DNA of 64,000 bases from Octopus sinensis. Taxonomy: Eukaryota. The position numbers and the translations under genes are program-made. A model generated the notes under the pieces. That model was not told where the DNA came from and did no database searches. It saw only the letters and a list, made by a program, of their open reading frames with translations. Shown here in pieces: positions 27,317-39,337 of the stretch (the stretch's first letter is position 1; every line of letters starts with the position of its first letter). The DNA lies in the NCBI RefSeq assembly GCF_006345805.1, contig NC_043000.1:930001-994000 (forward strand). Reading direction: 5' to 3'.

Positions 27317-27385
<69 letters not shown>

Positions 27386-27424
27386 GGATAGATCACACAC
27401 ACACACACACACAAACACAAACAC

Positions 27425-27595
27425 GCACACACACGACGGACTTCTTCCAGCTCTCGTCTACCAAATATACAACGTTTTGATCGGCTCAAAGCTATAATAG
27501 GAAACACTTGTGCAACCCACCACGCATTGGGAATGAACCTGAAACCACATGGTTACAAAGCGAGGTCCTTAACCACACAGTCATACCTGCTCCTG
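27425..27595 (-). mobile_element. Old diverged SINE-A-related 5' half
   Basis: Degenerate match to the SINE-A head and CORE-like segment. Confidence 0.6.
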
Positions 27596-27689
27596 TAAGT
27601 GTGTGTATGTGTGTGTGTGTATGTGCGTGCGCGTGTAACGGCATTTTAAACGGAGTACTTTGGTTAATGATATAAAGAGGTACTTACGA

Positions 27690-28615
27690 AGCATTACCAG
27701 ACCGAGTCCTCAGAAGGAACAGGATATCCAATTCATGCATCATCAAAAAAGAAAAAGAAAAATTAAAGACCGTCATTGAAAAAAATTCACACAAAACTAC
27801 TCGAGAACTGTCAAAAGAACTTCAAGTTAGCCAGAAAACTGCCTGCAACCTTTTGCTTTGCGATCGGAAAATCAAATGGGTATCACACGGTTTGAATGAA
27901 AATCAGAAAATGCTCAGATATGAAATTTGCTCGTCGCTTCTTCTCGGTAACCAGACCGTATTGTAACTTGCGATGAAAAGTGAATTCTGTACAATATTAA
28001 AAAACGTTCTTCGCAGTGGTTGGATGAAAATGATGCACCAAAAACCTTCCCAAAACCCGAGCCCTTCAAAAAGCAGGTTACGGTGACTGTTTGGTGATGT
28101 ACTGCCGGACTAATCCACGATAACTTCTTAAAACCTGGTGAAACCATTACTTCAGAAACATATTGCTATGAAATTGCCAAAATGAACGAAAAACTGCTAT
28201 CCCTCCCTCCCAGACTGGTTAACAGAAGAGGGCCAATCATTCTTCATGACAATGCTCAACCACACGTTTCCCTAATGACGCTCCAGAAGTTGAGGGAACT
28301 TGGCTACGAAATTCTTCCCCGCCACCAGCTTATTCCCCAGACCTTTCTCCTACTGACCGCCACCTTTTAAAGTACCTTGATGATTTCCTGTGAGAGAAGG
28401 AATTCCAAAATCAAACAGATGGTGAAACTGTGTTTAAAGAGTTCATCAGCTCCAGAAGTCCAGATTTTTATGTTACCAGAATAAACAAACTTGTAACTCA
28501 TTGGCAAAAATGTGTTGATTGTAATGGTACTTACTTTGATGAATGAAATTTCCGCATTGTTGAAATATATTGTGATGAATTTCATGTTTCAAAACTTAGC
28601 CTACTTTTTATTCAG
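27690..28615 (+). mobile_element. mariner (DD34D) remnant
   Basis: IVTCDEK, LHDNAQPH and YSPDLSPTD-like motifs across frames; ends WQKCVDCNGTYFDE. Confidence 0.85.
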
Positions 28616-28788
28616 CCTGGACAAACCACCCACACTCGGATATGTCTCCTGAAACAATAATTCTCTGCTCGAATGGGCTTTGGTGCTGAAATCCTGAATT
28701 GAAAGACTTCGCCAGGTGGTGCTATTAAGTTAGACATGGCCTGGGCCAATACTGGCCAAAACCTTTCTAAGTTATTCTAAGTTATAAG

Positions 28789-28791
<3 letters not shown>
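28616..28791 (+). mobile_element. CR1/L2-like LINE 3' end
   Basis: ggtggtgctattaagttagac...ctttctaagttattctaagttat tail shared with the copies at 11568 and 38331. Confidence 0.8.
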
Positions 28792-28825
<34 letters not shown>

Positions 28826-29639
28826 TCAATAAATGGTGGGGTTGTGTTGACCGCACGTGGAGAAATGATAAGTAAGGAAAAATTTTTTTTTTAAAATGCA
28901 GAATGCTCAAATGAAAGAAAATTTTAATAAAATGAGAAAATGATAAAATATATAAATATATATTTATTCAACCGGTTTTCGTCATTGTATGACTTGTCAA
29001 GAATATTTATGTTTTAAGAAGTTTTTTTAAAAATTAGAAAGGGGAAAAAAAGAAAATTGCATTGTTTTTTGTAAAAGAATAATGATAAAAATGTACAAAA
29101 ATTGAAAAATAAGTTCTCCGATACATTGTGAGTTCGTTGTGTATCTTGAGTTTTTATGTTTTTACCAAAAAATTACCTTGAGGTGTTAAGATCCAAAGGG
29201 ATTAAGAGCATGTGATGTGTTGTGTTGTTAAATTCAGCATGTTGCAGGACATGAAGTAGTAGTAATTGTGGTCCTGGTTCTTCAGTTCCTGTGTTGTGAG
29301 TAAGGGGAGACAACTCTTTTGAGTTCTTCAATAAAACCCAAATTATAAAACTATCATTTTAGCTTCATTTGCATTATCTTTTTTATATAATTGCTTGTTA
29401 ACTTAACTTTCAGATTTTAACACTTTATTTATATTATTTTCTAATAATATAAATCTGCATAGACAATTGCATTTCAAATGTCATATCATTTATAATGAAA
29501 ATGATAGTAATAACAACAATAGTAAAAATGATATTTAAAGATATAAGTTTTAGCTTGAAGTGATGAATGCATGGTATCTTTATATATTTGTGTTAGTCCA
29601 TCCATGAAGAGTGAGGTAGAGAAAGGAAGTTTGATCAAC

Positions 29640-31800
29640 GAGGAGTTTGCATATTAAGTTGTGTTTGGAATTTTTCAATAAAGAGATTCTCCTTGTTAAT
29701 TCTCTCCTGTGTGGTGATCCCGTCTTTACATTGGTAGAAGGGGAATATATAGAATTTGGGGTTTAAGTCTTTAGCACATGAGTCTAAGTGGTCACTCAGT
29801 GGAATTTGTCGGTATTCCGGAGATTTATTTGTTCTTTATGCACCGTTACTCGTTACGTAACGGGAGACTCGTTTGTCCAACATAATTATGTTGGCAACCA
29901 GCGCATGTGAGAACGTAGATAAGGTTCTCGGAGGAACAGGAGAAGTTAGTCTTGATTTTAAACTTCGTACCTTGTTTGAAGGTAAATTCAGAGCCTTCAA
30001 GTAGAAAGGGCAGGTACCACAGTTTGAGCGTGCACATTTTTTTACTGTTGGGGTGGGATGTGGTGTGTGGAGTTTGGCATTTGTCAAGAGTTTTTTTAAA
30101 GATTTGTGTTGCCTTTTACATTTGAGGATTTTGTGTGTATTTATAATGTTTTTCATTTTTGGGTCTGTTGACAGTAGACTGAGGTTTTGTATGATTGTGG
30201 TGTATGCTTCGATATTTTTGGGGTTGTGGTGGAAATGTATGGAAGTATTTTGAGGTTGTGTGTGGTGTTAGGTGGGTGGTTTTCAGTGTAGTGTTGTCTA
30301 GTTCTTTGGCGCGTTTTATTCCATACTCTATAAGGGTGGAGGGATATTGACGTTGTAATAGTGTTTTTTTGAGGTCTTGAAGGCGTATTTCTCGTGTTTT
30401 TGGATCCGAGACAATGGTGCATACCTTTTAGCTAAATTGAAAGGGATATTTGTCTTGGTGTGTTTTGGGTGGCATGAACTAAAGAGGAGGTATTGTTGTG
30501 TGGACTGTAGGTTTGTGGTAGATGTCTGTTATGATTTGGTTCTTAGGTGTTTTTAAATTAGGAGATCAAGGAATGGGAGATGATGTTTGCTTAATTCCAT
30601 AGTGAATTGGATGTTGGGATGTATGTTGTTTAGTATGGTTTTGAATTCCAGGAGTTTTTCATAAGGTTCTTTCCATATGATGAAACAATCATCTAAATAC
30701 CTTTTCCAGTTTTCCATTAGGTAGGTGTGGAAAACATGTCCAAATTCTGGCTTGATATTTCATAGAGTGACAGTTCGAAGTAACCCATTATGAGGTTCGC
30801 AAGGACTGGTGCAGCCTTGGTACCCATCGCAATGCCACATTTTTGACGGTAGTGTGTGTGGTCGAAGAGAAAAAAATTGTTTGTCAGAATGAACTTAAGA
30901 GATTCTGTAATAAAAGATTGTTAATGCGGTCAGGGAATGTCTCTGGTGTTTTTTCTAGCCAGAAGTCAATTGCCTCTATACCATACTCATGTGGAATGTT
31001 GGTGTAGAGGTTGATGACATCAACGGATACCAGGAGTGCCTCCTCGTTAACTGTTTTCGGGAGGTGTTGAGAGCATGTCCAGATCATCCCTAATGAAACT
31101 TTTGATGTGGGTAAGGAAAGGTTTCAAAAGGATGTCTAGGAAGTTACTCAGGCGGTGTGTTTCACAGGAGGTACCAGCCACGATGGGCCTTAGTTTTAAG
31201 GTCCTCCGGTGCTTTGATGTTGATGTGGATGTCAGTGGAGAGTTTGCAGGCTTCGGTGATGTATTTGTTTTTATGGATTTTAGGAAGGCCATAAAAAAGG
31301 CTGGGCTTGCATTTGAAAATGGTGATATAATCCCTTTCTTTTTCTGTGAGTCCCTGACCGTGTTGGCGTATGAGTGTGGTGAGGTTTCTGATTGTTTTTT
31401 GCTGTTTGTAGTTGTTAATAACCTCATAGAAAATGTTATTGTTAAGCATGGAGAACACTAGGTGTTTATAAAATTCCGTGTCCATAAGGACCACAGCACT
31501 CCCTTTGTCCGCTTCTTTGATGGTGAGGTTTTTATCCAGTTGTATGTCACGTAGTTTTTCCCATTCTTCCTTACTGAAATTGGATTTTACCTTGGTTTTG
31601 CTTGGGGTAAAGGGGAGACTCTGGATGTGTTTACAGAAATCGTCCAGTTTTTTATTCTCCCTTTTGGTGGTTGGATGTTGCTTTTATTTCTGATCAATGT
31701 CGTCCCCATTGTTGATATCTGTCAAAGCTTCTGTTAGGCGAAGTTTTCTGCAGAATTCAGAAACGTCATCCTTGACCTCCGGGGGGTTGGGTGTTCTTGG
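29640..31800 (-). mobile_element. Penelope-like element: frameshifted RT and GIY-YIG endonuclease
   Basis: IKEADKGSAVVLMD, FYGLPKIHK, LRPIV, VSVDVINLYTNIP, IAMGTKAAP, WKRYLDDCF, then NLIYVLTCAGCQHNYVGQT and RINKENLFIEKF. Confidence 0.9.
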
Positions 31801-31956
31801 GGTGGGTGTGATGTATGTATGTATGTATGTATGTATGTATGTATGTATGTATGTATGTATGTATGTATGTATGTATGTATTTGGGGTACATAATTGTGCT
31901 CATGACTTAGTGTTTTGCTTCTTCCATGGGTATGAGTAAGTATTTCATTTATTTCT

Positions 31957-32016
31957 TTGCCACTGACGAAGGGAGGGTTCTTACGAACTAACCTTGAAAT
32001 CGGTCCGATATGGTAG
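31957..32016 (+). ncRNA. Type-I hammerhead ribozyme motif at the 5' end of the Penelope-like element, antisense to its ORF
   Basis: ttgcca CTGACGA aggg...gttc-ttac-gaac...cctt GAAA tcg-gtc-cga TA tggtag. Confidence 0.75.
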
Positions 32017-32269
32017 TAATGGAATTTTTTTAGAAATTTCTGTCGGCTTTTTTTCGTGTAGCGTGCGTATTGTGAAAAATTATATGGTTAAGGACAACAT
32101 GTCCAATTTTCGGCATATTTGGCATTAGAAATTTTTTAGTTTGCCCTTATTTATAAGTTATTTATAATTTTAACCGTTAAAGGTATTTTTTTAATATGGT
32201 GGCCATTGATAAAAACTTTTTAGAAAAAATTTTATCCAACATTAAATTATATATATATATATATATATA

Positions 32270-32322
<53 letters not shown>

Positions 32323-32325
<3 letters not shown>

Positions 32326-32504
32326 GGTTCCCGGTTTGAGTCGGGGTTAACCGCAGTAAATAAGGTACTCAATACATAGCAGAGTAAATTAATTTATTTT
32401 ATAGAAGGAGCTTCTACAGGACTAGACTGTTTCATTCAAAAGAAATCATCATCCTGATGATTTCTTTTGAATGAAACAGTTTTCTAGTCCTGTAGAAGCT
32501 CCTT

Positions 32505-32510
<6 letters not shown>
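32323..32510. mobile_element. Fold-back element in (TA)n, copy 1
   Basis: gtaggttcccggtttgagtcgggg... leader plus inverted arms 32399-32451 and 32455-32510. Confidence 0.8.
32454..32486 (+). ncRNA. Hammerhead core inside a fold-back element
   Basis: CTGATGA t-ttc-tttt-gaa-t GAAA cagt; mirrored on the left arm; the 5' strand of stem I is lost at the inversion junction. Confidence 0.5.
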
Positions 32511-32545
<35 letters not shown>

Positions 32546-32546
<1 letters not shown>

Positions 32547-32709
32547 GGATCAAGACAGTTTGATTCAAATTCGTTGGCACTCTTGGGTTTGATGCGTGAT
32601 GTTAGCCGTCAGCCATTTTGAATTAGAAATCTCAAAATACCTTACGACGAGCACCATGCTTGAAACTCAAGAGTGCCAACGAATTTGGATCAGACTATTT
32701 TGATCCATA
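32546..32709. repeat. Imperfect inverted repeat (~45 bp arms), MITE/fold-back-like
   Basis: atggatcaa..aaattcgttggcactcttg versus caagagtgccaacgaattt..ttgatccat. Confidence 0.75.
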
Positions 32710-32975
32710 CATGTAACTCCCAATAGATTTGTTGAGTGCCCTTCTTTCGTTTGTCCCCTCACTCGTGTATATATATGCGTATACGTGTGTGTGTGTGTGA
32801 GGTATATTTGCCACTTAAATGTGGCTAACCACTACGAGTGGATGCTACTGTAGCTTGTAGCCCCAGGAGAACATCTTCTCCAGCTGGCTATTGACACACT
32901 TTCTGTGCCCTATCAGTATTGCAAAGGGAAGCCATCCTTCACATCGTCGACATGACGTGATACGCATCAAACCCG

Positions 32976-33070
<95 letters not shown>

Positions 33071-33522
33071 ATGACAGAACGCAACGCATCCTCTTCCAAG
33101 AAAGTTTTATCTTAATAATTCTGATGCAGACTCTATGCGACCTTCTTACTCTTTCATTTTTCTCTCTTTTTCTCTCTCTTATTCTTTTACCTCCTCTTCT
33201 CCCACTATTCTATCCTATTACCCTTTCACTCTCTCTCTCCCTCACTCCTCTTTCCTTCCTCACGTGGCTCCCACATGACCATCAGCCTTCTTTCTTTTTT
33301 CTCTCTTTATGCTGTTTGTTTTGTTTTCCATTTGTGTCTTACGTTGTTCGAAAGAATAGTTCATGTTTCATGTATTCGTCCTTTTTTGTACACCTTTCGT
33401 AACGTCCTGTACCCACATATGTATATATGTATACGTATAGATGTACCTATGGACATATACGTATGTATATATGTATATTATATATATATACACATAGAAT
33501 GTGTGTGTGTGTTCAGTGTATT

Positions 33523-33573
<51 letters not shown>

Positions 33574-33613
33574 ACACATACACGTACCACCAACACACAT
33601 ACACACACATAGT

Positions 33614-33831
33614 AATAATCTTTTTTACTATAGGCAGAAGGCCTGAAATTGTGGGGAAAGGAGTAGTCGATTTCATCGAACCCAGGGTTTCAGTGGTACG
33701 TAATTTATCGACCCCGAAATTATGAAAGGCAAAATCGAACTCGGCGGAATTTGAACTCAGAACTTAGTGACAGACGAAATACCACTAAGCATTTTGATTG
33801 GCTTGCTAACGATTCTGCCAGCTCACCGCCT
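33614..33831 (-). mobile_element. SINE family B, variant-tail subfamily
   Basis: Diverged head and central domain with the ccccacaatttcaggccttctgcctatag tail. Confidence 0.75.
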
Positions 33832-34313
33832 TTATACATATAATAATAATAATTCTTTCTACAAAACGGAGAAGACCTCATAGTAATAATGATAATCTAT
33901 GGATGGTTTTTATAAATATTTTAACGAATCGCTACGAATCGCAACATGTTTCAGTACATATCACGGGATGATTACAGTACGATCCGTAGTATCCATGGAG
34001 AACGGGTGGATCATAGATCATGCGTTCATTACATCAGGCCATCCTACGTTATATACGCACAGCTCTGCACAACTCCATAATACTGGTATTGCAAGATAAT
34101 ACCATTAGTCTGTAGCCGACATAATATAATAGAAGCTTTTGTATGCCCACTCAAAAATGTTTCCCTTAAACGCGCTTAAAGGATAAGGCTATTGACATAC
34201 ATATTACATCAATTATACATTGATATAAACTGTCTAATAAAGCCAGAAACATATGTACCGCTAAATCCTTTGAATCCTGTGTTCTTTTGATAAATATATA
34301 TATATATTATATA

Positions 34314-34355
<42 letters not shown>

Positions 34356-34367
34356 TATACTATTCTC

Positions 34368-34412
<45 letters not shown>

Positions 34413-34621
34413 ATTTTTATATATTATTATATATACATACATACATTATATATTATATATATATACACACAAATATGAGAGAAAATCACTATGTGGACGC
34501 TCTACGCTAAAAATAGATCCGCAATGGTCTCAACCACTAAGAATTGTTCTCAAGAAATATTTAGCACAACTATGGACGTAAGCGAGCAGGACAAATGAAA
34601 AATAACAAAAATATAGATTAA

Positions 34622-34695
34622 CTCCAGACAATTGTTTCACTGTTAATAAATTAAGCAATTTTACTTACACAATAAATCTAAAGATCATCAGTGAG
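34622..34695 (-). ncRNA. Hammerhead motif with degenerate stem II
   Basis: ctca CTGATGA ... GAAA caattg TC tggag: palindromic stem III, GUC site. Confidence 0.55.
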
Positions 34696-35699
34696 ATTTG
34701 TCATGAAATATAATTTGTCGAACTGCACGCCAGATATTAACACGAAGTCAAAAACACGAGTAGTTCGGCCTATTATATTCGCAGTTATGTTCAAATGCCC
34801 TCGTTCGAGCGCGCCAAAATTGCCGGAAATAAATACTGCATAAATAATTTACTGTAGTAGTTAGTGCCGGTATGAGAACAAATTAATTTATAATTAAAAT
34901 CAAAATAAGGGTGAAAAAATTTGATAACATCAATTTAATAACATCAATTTAACATCAAGTGGTTTAGCGCATAAAAAACTGAGATTCAGTAAATATTAAT
35001 ACACAAATATGAGAGAGAATCTACTATGTGGACGCTCTTACGCATTTTTCAACATTTCCAGTATTGTATCCATTTCTAAGGATAGATTTTGCTTCATCAA
35101 ATACAAACCCACGTATGGAGCTAGACATAACTTTGAAAACACAGTTTTCCAAAATATTTTAAGTGAATGCAACTACAAAATGGAAAACAAATGTCGTAAT
35201 TTAAGTATGAAGTATTAAAAAACATTAGCCTTGAGCAACTTTCACTATTTTCAATCTAACAAGTTTTAAATGCCATTTAAAAGTAGATTATGTCCTTTAA
35301 TCGATTAGATGTTAATAAACAACACATTTCTGTGGTCCTTGACGTTATACAAGTCTCATATTTGTGAAATTTGTCTGCATATATGCCCATGGTGAGCTTG
35401 ATTTGCTGTGCTTATAAACAACTGGTTATCGATGATAGATGATTATCATCGAAAACCAGGTGAAATATGTTTTGTTGAACCTCTCATTATTTTATATGAA
35501 AATTGATATTTTGAATGCACCATTAATGTTTTAATTGTCAGGTCACCCCGGTCATGGTCACTTTTGTGAAGAAATCTCAAAGACCTGTAGGAAGAACTTC
35601 GTGGCAAGTTTGCTCTTTGTGGAACTTTGCCGTCACAAATATGCATTTGCTTATTTTATGACTGTTGACATTCTGAGCATATTTCTTCTGGGAAACAAC

Positions 35700-36870
35700 T
35701 ACCTTGAATATATGCTTTGTATTACAGAAATATGGCTAGAGAAGAGAATGCAAAAACAGCCACGATGTTTTTTGTTGTTTTTTTTGCTGTTGTTTTTTTT
35801 TTTTTTGTTTTTGGTGGATGTTACACTTTACCTACCAGGCGAAACAAAATCACAGATTTTCTGAAGAAAGTATACCTTACTTACTTTGGCATGGAACTGG
35901 ATGATAATGACAGAACCTAGGCATCACATATAATGTGTAAACGTGTTGAAACACTGAGACGGCGACATAAGCAGACTGTTTCCAGCTTTGTGCTATGAGA
36001 AAATTACGGTTGATGTATTTCACTCATTAGACGGCTCCTGCAAGACAAGCAATTTCAGAGACTATGTCTGAAGTTGATAGAGAAGCACGGAATGCTTTTG
36101 CTGCAGTTGTTTCTGATATCCTGGGAAATAGAAAGTCATCAGATAATGAAGAATTTGTGCAGACCCTGTTAAATATATATTTCTTTACTACCCACAAGGG
36201 AATTTGAACTCAGAACGTAACGGCAGACGAAATACCTATTTCTTTACTACCCACAAGGGGCTAAACATAGAGGGGACAAACAAGGACAGACAAACGGATT
36301 AAGTCGATTACATCGATCCCAGTGCGTAACTGGTACTTAATTTATCGACCCCGAAAGGATGAAAGGCAAAGTCGACCTCGACGGAATTTGAACTCAGAAC
36401 GTAACGGCAGACGAAATACCTATTTCTTTACTACCCACAAGGGGCTAAACACAGAGGGGACAAACAAGGACAGACAAACGGATTAAATCGATTACATCGA
36501 TCCCAGTGCGTAAATGGTACTTAATTTATCGACCCCGAAAGGATGAAAGGCAAAGTCGACCTCGACGGAATTTGAACTCAGAACGTAACGGCAGACGTTT
36601 CGCCCGGCGTGCTAACGTTTCTGCCAGCTCGCCACCTTTGTAAATATATTTTCGAACAATGGGTTTCTACATGGGTGTAAAAGTGTATTTCCTGCACAGT
36701 CGTCTGGACTACTTCACTGAAAATCAAAGTGAAATAAGTATTAAGTGATGAGCAAGGCGAAAGTTTCCACCAGGACATGGAGACCATGAAGACCAGTTAC
36801 CAAAGCAGGTGGAACACAAACATCATGACTACTGCTGGCCTCTGCAAAGAGACTGTCGTGGGGCAGTCCT
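35700..36870 (+). mobile_element. Chapaev3-like (CMC) transposase remnant, deleted and interrupted by SINE-B
   Basis: YTLPTRRNKITDFLKKVYLTYFG..., VKVYFLHSRLDYFTEN, SDEQGESFHQDM...YCW. Family assignment is from recall of these motifs. Confidence 0.6.
36178..36638 (-). mobile_element. SINE family B trimer inserted in a Chapaev-like remnant
   Basis: Junctions cgaaatacctatttc at about 36229 and 36412. Confidence 0.85.
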
Positions 36871-36961
36871 TGGGTAGCTGAAACCCCCAGTTTGAAAGAA
36901 ATATCTATCCTTAGATGTGTACTTTAACATTACGTGAAATATATTTATTGAACAACAAAAG

Positions 36962-37377
36962 GGCGGCGAGCTGGCAGAAACGTTAGCACGCCGGGCGAAA
37001 TGCGTAGCCGTATTTCGTCTGCCGTTACGTTCTGAGTTCAAATTCCGCCGAGGTCGACTTTGCCTTTCATCCTTTTGGGGTCGATAAATTAAGTACCAGT
37101 TACGCACTGGGATCGATGAAATCGACTTAATCCGTTTGTCTGTCCTTGTTTGTCCCCTCTGTGTGTAGCCCCTTGTGGGTAGTAAAGAAACAGGTATTTC
37201 GTCTGCCGTTACGTTCTGAGTTCAAATTCTGCCGAGGTCGACTTTGCCTTTCATCCTTTTGGGGTCGATAAATTAAGTACCAGTTACGCACTGGGGTCGA
37301 TGTAATCGACTTAATCCGTTTTTCTGTCCTTGTTTGTCTCCTCTGTGTGTAGCCCCTTGTGGGTAGTAAAGAAATAT
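36962..37377 (+). mobile_element. SINE family B dimer
   Basis: Full head plus a second headless unit after gaaacag|gtatttc. Confidence 0.85.
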
Positions 37378-37730
37378 ATATTTATTAATCAATAAAAAGT
37401 ACTATTTGGTTAGTGTTAGTTTTTCATTTCGGTATGGCATTTAATGACAAAATGGACATTTTTTGGTAAAAAATAAAATGAATTCCTGTTTAACGAAAAC
37501 CTTGATGTTATAGAAATTACCGTCACTATTACCATCCAATAAGGTAGGACAAGTCGTGGAAAGCAAGACAACAAATAATTTTACTGAAAATAAACCTGAT
37601 GTTGATTGTAAGGGAAATAACTCTAGAGTTATTATAGGAGGAGTTATGGGTATTGTTGTTTAGGTTGAGTTTCATCATATATATATATAATATATATACG
37701 TATCAAATGAAATGAAATGAAAAACAGGAC

Positions 37731-37812
37731 ACAAAATAAAGATAAAATGAGGTAAAGATAAAAATATATCTTTTTATCTTTTTAACTTTACCTCATTTTA
37801 TCTTTATTTTGT
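37731..37812. repeat. 27 bp inverted repeat hairpin
   Basis: acaaaataaagataaaatgaggtaaag / ctttacctcattttatctttattttgt. Confidence 0.8.
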
Positions 37813-38273
37813 ACTCGGTTTACCTACCATTATAAACAATACCAAATTTTTTTCTCAAACCTTTCATAATGCGATACAAGTCTTTGGTGTAGCAATTGCA
37901 TATGGCTGAAGACAGCTTTTGAACTATCTGTTATGTCGATTATGCATTGATGTAAGAATAAGTTGCTCTATAAAGCTCGAAACATATCTACCGCGACATC
38001 GTTTGTGACCTGTTTTTCATTTTATTTCATTCGATACATATATCCTCTCACCTATGCAACTAGCTGGCATATACAGGTGCTTACATTTATCAAGATTCAC
38101 CCTGAATTTATTGTGTGTATGTAGTATATATAATAAATACACATACATATATATATAAACAAATGTATGTATATATATATATATAATTATATATATATTA
38201 TATATATATATATATACTACATACATATATACTACACATAATATATACATAATATAAATATATATATATATAT

Positions 38274-38305
<32 letters not shown>

Positions 38306-38330
38306 TGTATTATATATATATATATATATA

Positions 38331-39069
38331 TAACTTAGAATAACTTAGAAAGGTTTTGGCCAGTATTGGCCCAGGCCATGTCTAACTTAATAGCACCACC
38401 TGGCGAAGTCTTTCAGTTCAGGAATTGGGCACCAAGGCCATTCGAGCAGAGATTATTGTTTGCGGAGACATATCGGGTGTGGGTGGTTTGTCCGGTACTG
38501 TTTGAAGGAATTTGTCCAAAGACTTCTTGAATTTTGTGTGGTCAGTTTCTTTTTTGACGTGCCCTGGTGTAATGTTGAAGAGAGCAGGTCCAATTGAGGT
38601 GAAATAGTTGTGCCGTATTGTCGTTATTGTGATGCGATTTAGATTTTTGTTGTGGACGGATGGCACGTGGTCCAAGCCTTGGATGCATTTTGAAGGTGAT
38701 GCCAACATCATTCGGACAGTGCTGGTGGATATTTTCCACATCATACAGATATGTAGCGTTCACGGCGTCGTTGGAGTGAATACATATTTCAGCTTCTCTA
38801 GTCTACCCCAGTAGTCAAGGTCTGACATGCCATCTATCTTTTTGTGATTGACCTTTGGGGAGCTTCAATTCTCATAATATTTTGTTTTGTGTAGGGAGAC
38901 CACAGTGGACAGCAGTATTCAAGGTGGGGTCGGGCAAAAGTGGAGAAGAGAAGGATAATAGCGTGGGAATCTCTCGACTGGAAGGTTCTGAGAATCCAGG
39001 AACACATTCTGCGGGCCATGTCAACTTTGCTGCTTATATGTGTAGCCCAGCTTATGTTGTTGTCCCTGT

Positions 39070-39070
<1 letters not shown>
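38331..39070 (-). mobile_element. CR1/L2-like LINE 3' fragment, sister subfamily
   Basis: MCSWILRTFQSRDSHAIILLFSTFARPHLEYCCPLWSP and NYFTSIGPALFNITP; (TA)n on both sides. Confidence 0.9.
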
Positions 39071-39146
<76 letters not shown>

Positions 39147-39306
39147 TGTATGTATGTTATGTATGTATGTATGTATGTATGTATGTATGTAGTGAGAATT
39201 TACAAAAAAAAAAAAAACAACGAAGACGGGCGTGTAAACAACAAACAGATGTATTAGTTTAACGCGCGGGAAATGTATATATATATATGCATGTATGTAT
39301 ATATAT

Positions 39307-39337
<31 letters not shown>

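Noticed and set aside
28960-29290. Hammerhead-like remnants downstream of the Penelope ORF (aATGACGA..GAAT; CTGAAGA..caggac/gtcctg..CAAC)
   Set aside because: Core nucleotides are missing; they may be decayed pLTR ribozymes but cannot be supported.
33935-34045. CTGATGT...GAAAcatgTT on the minus strand
   Set aside because: A9 is altered and stems I and II are not convincing.
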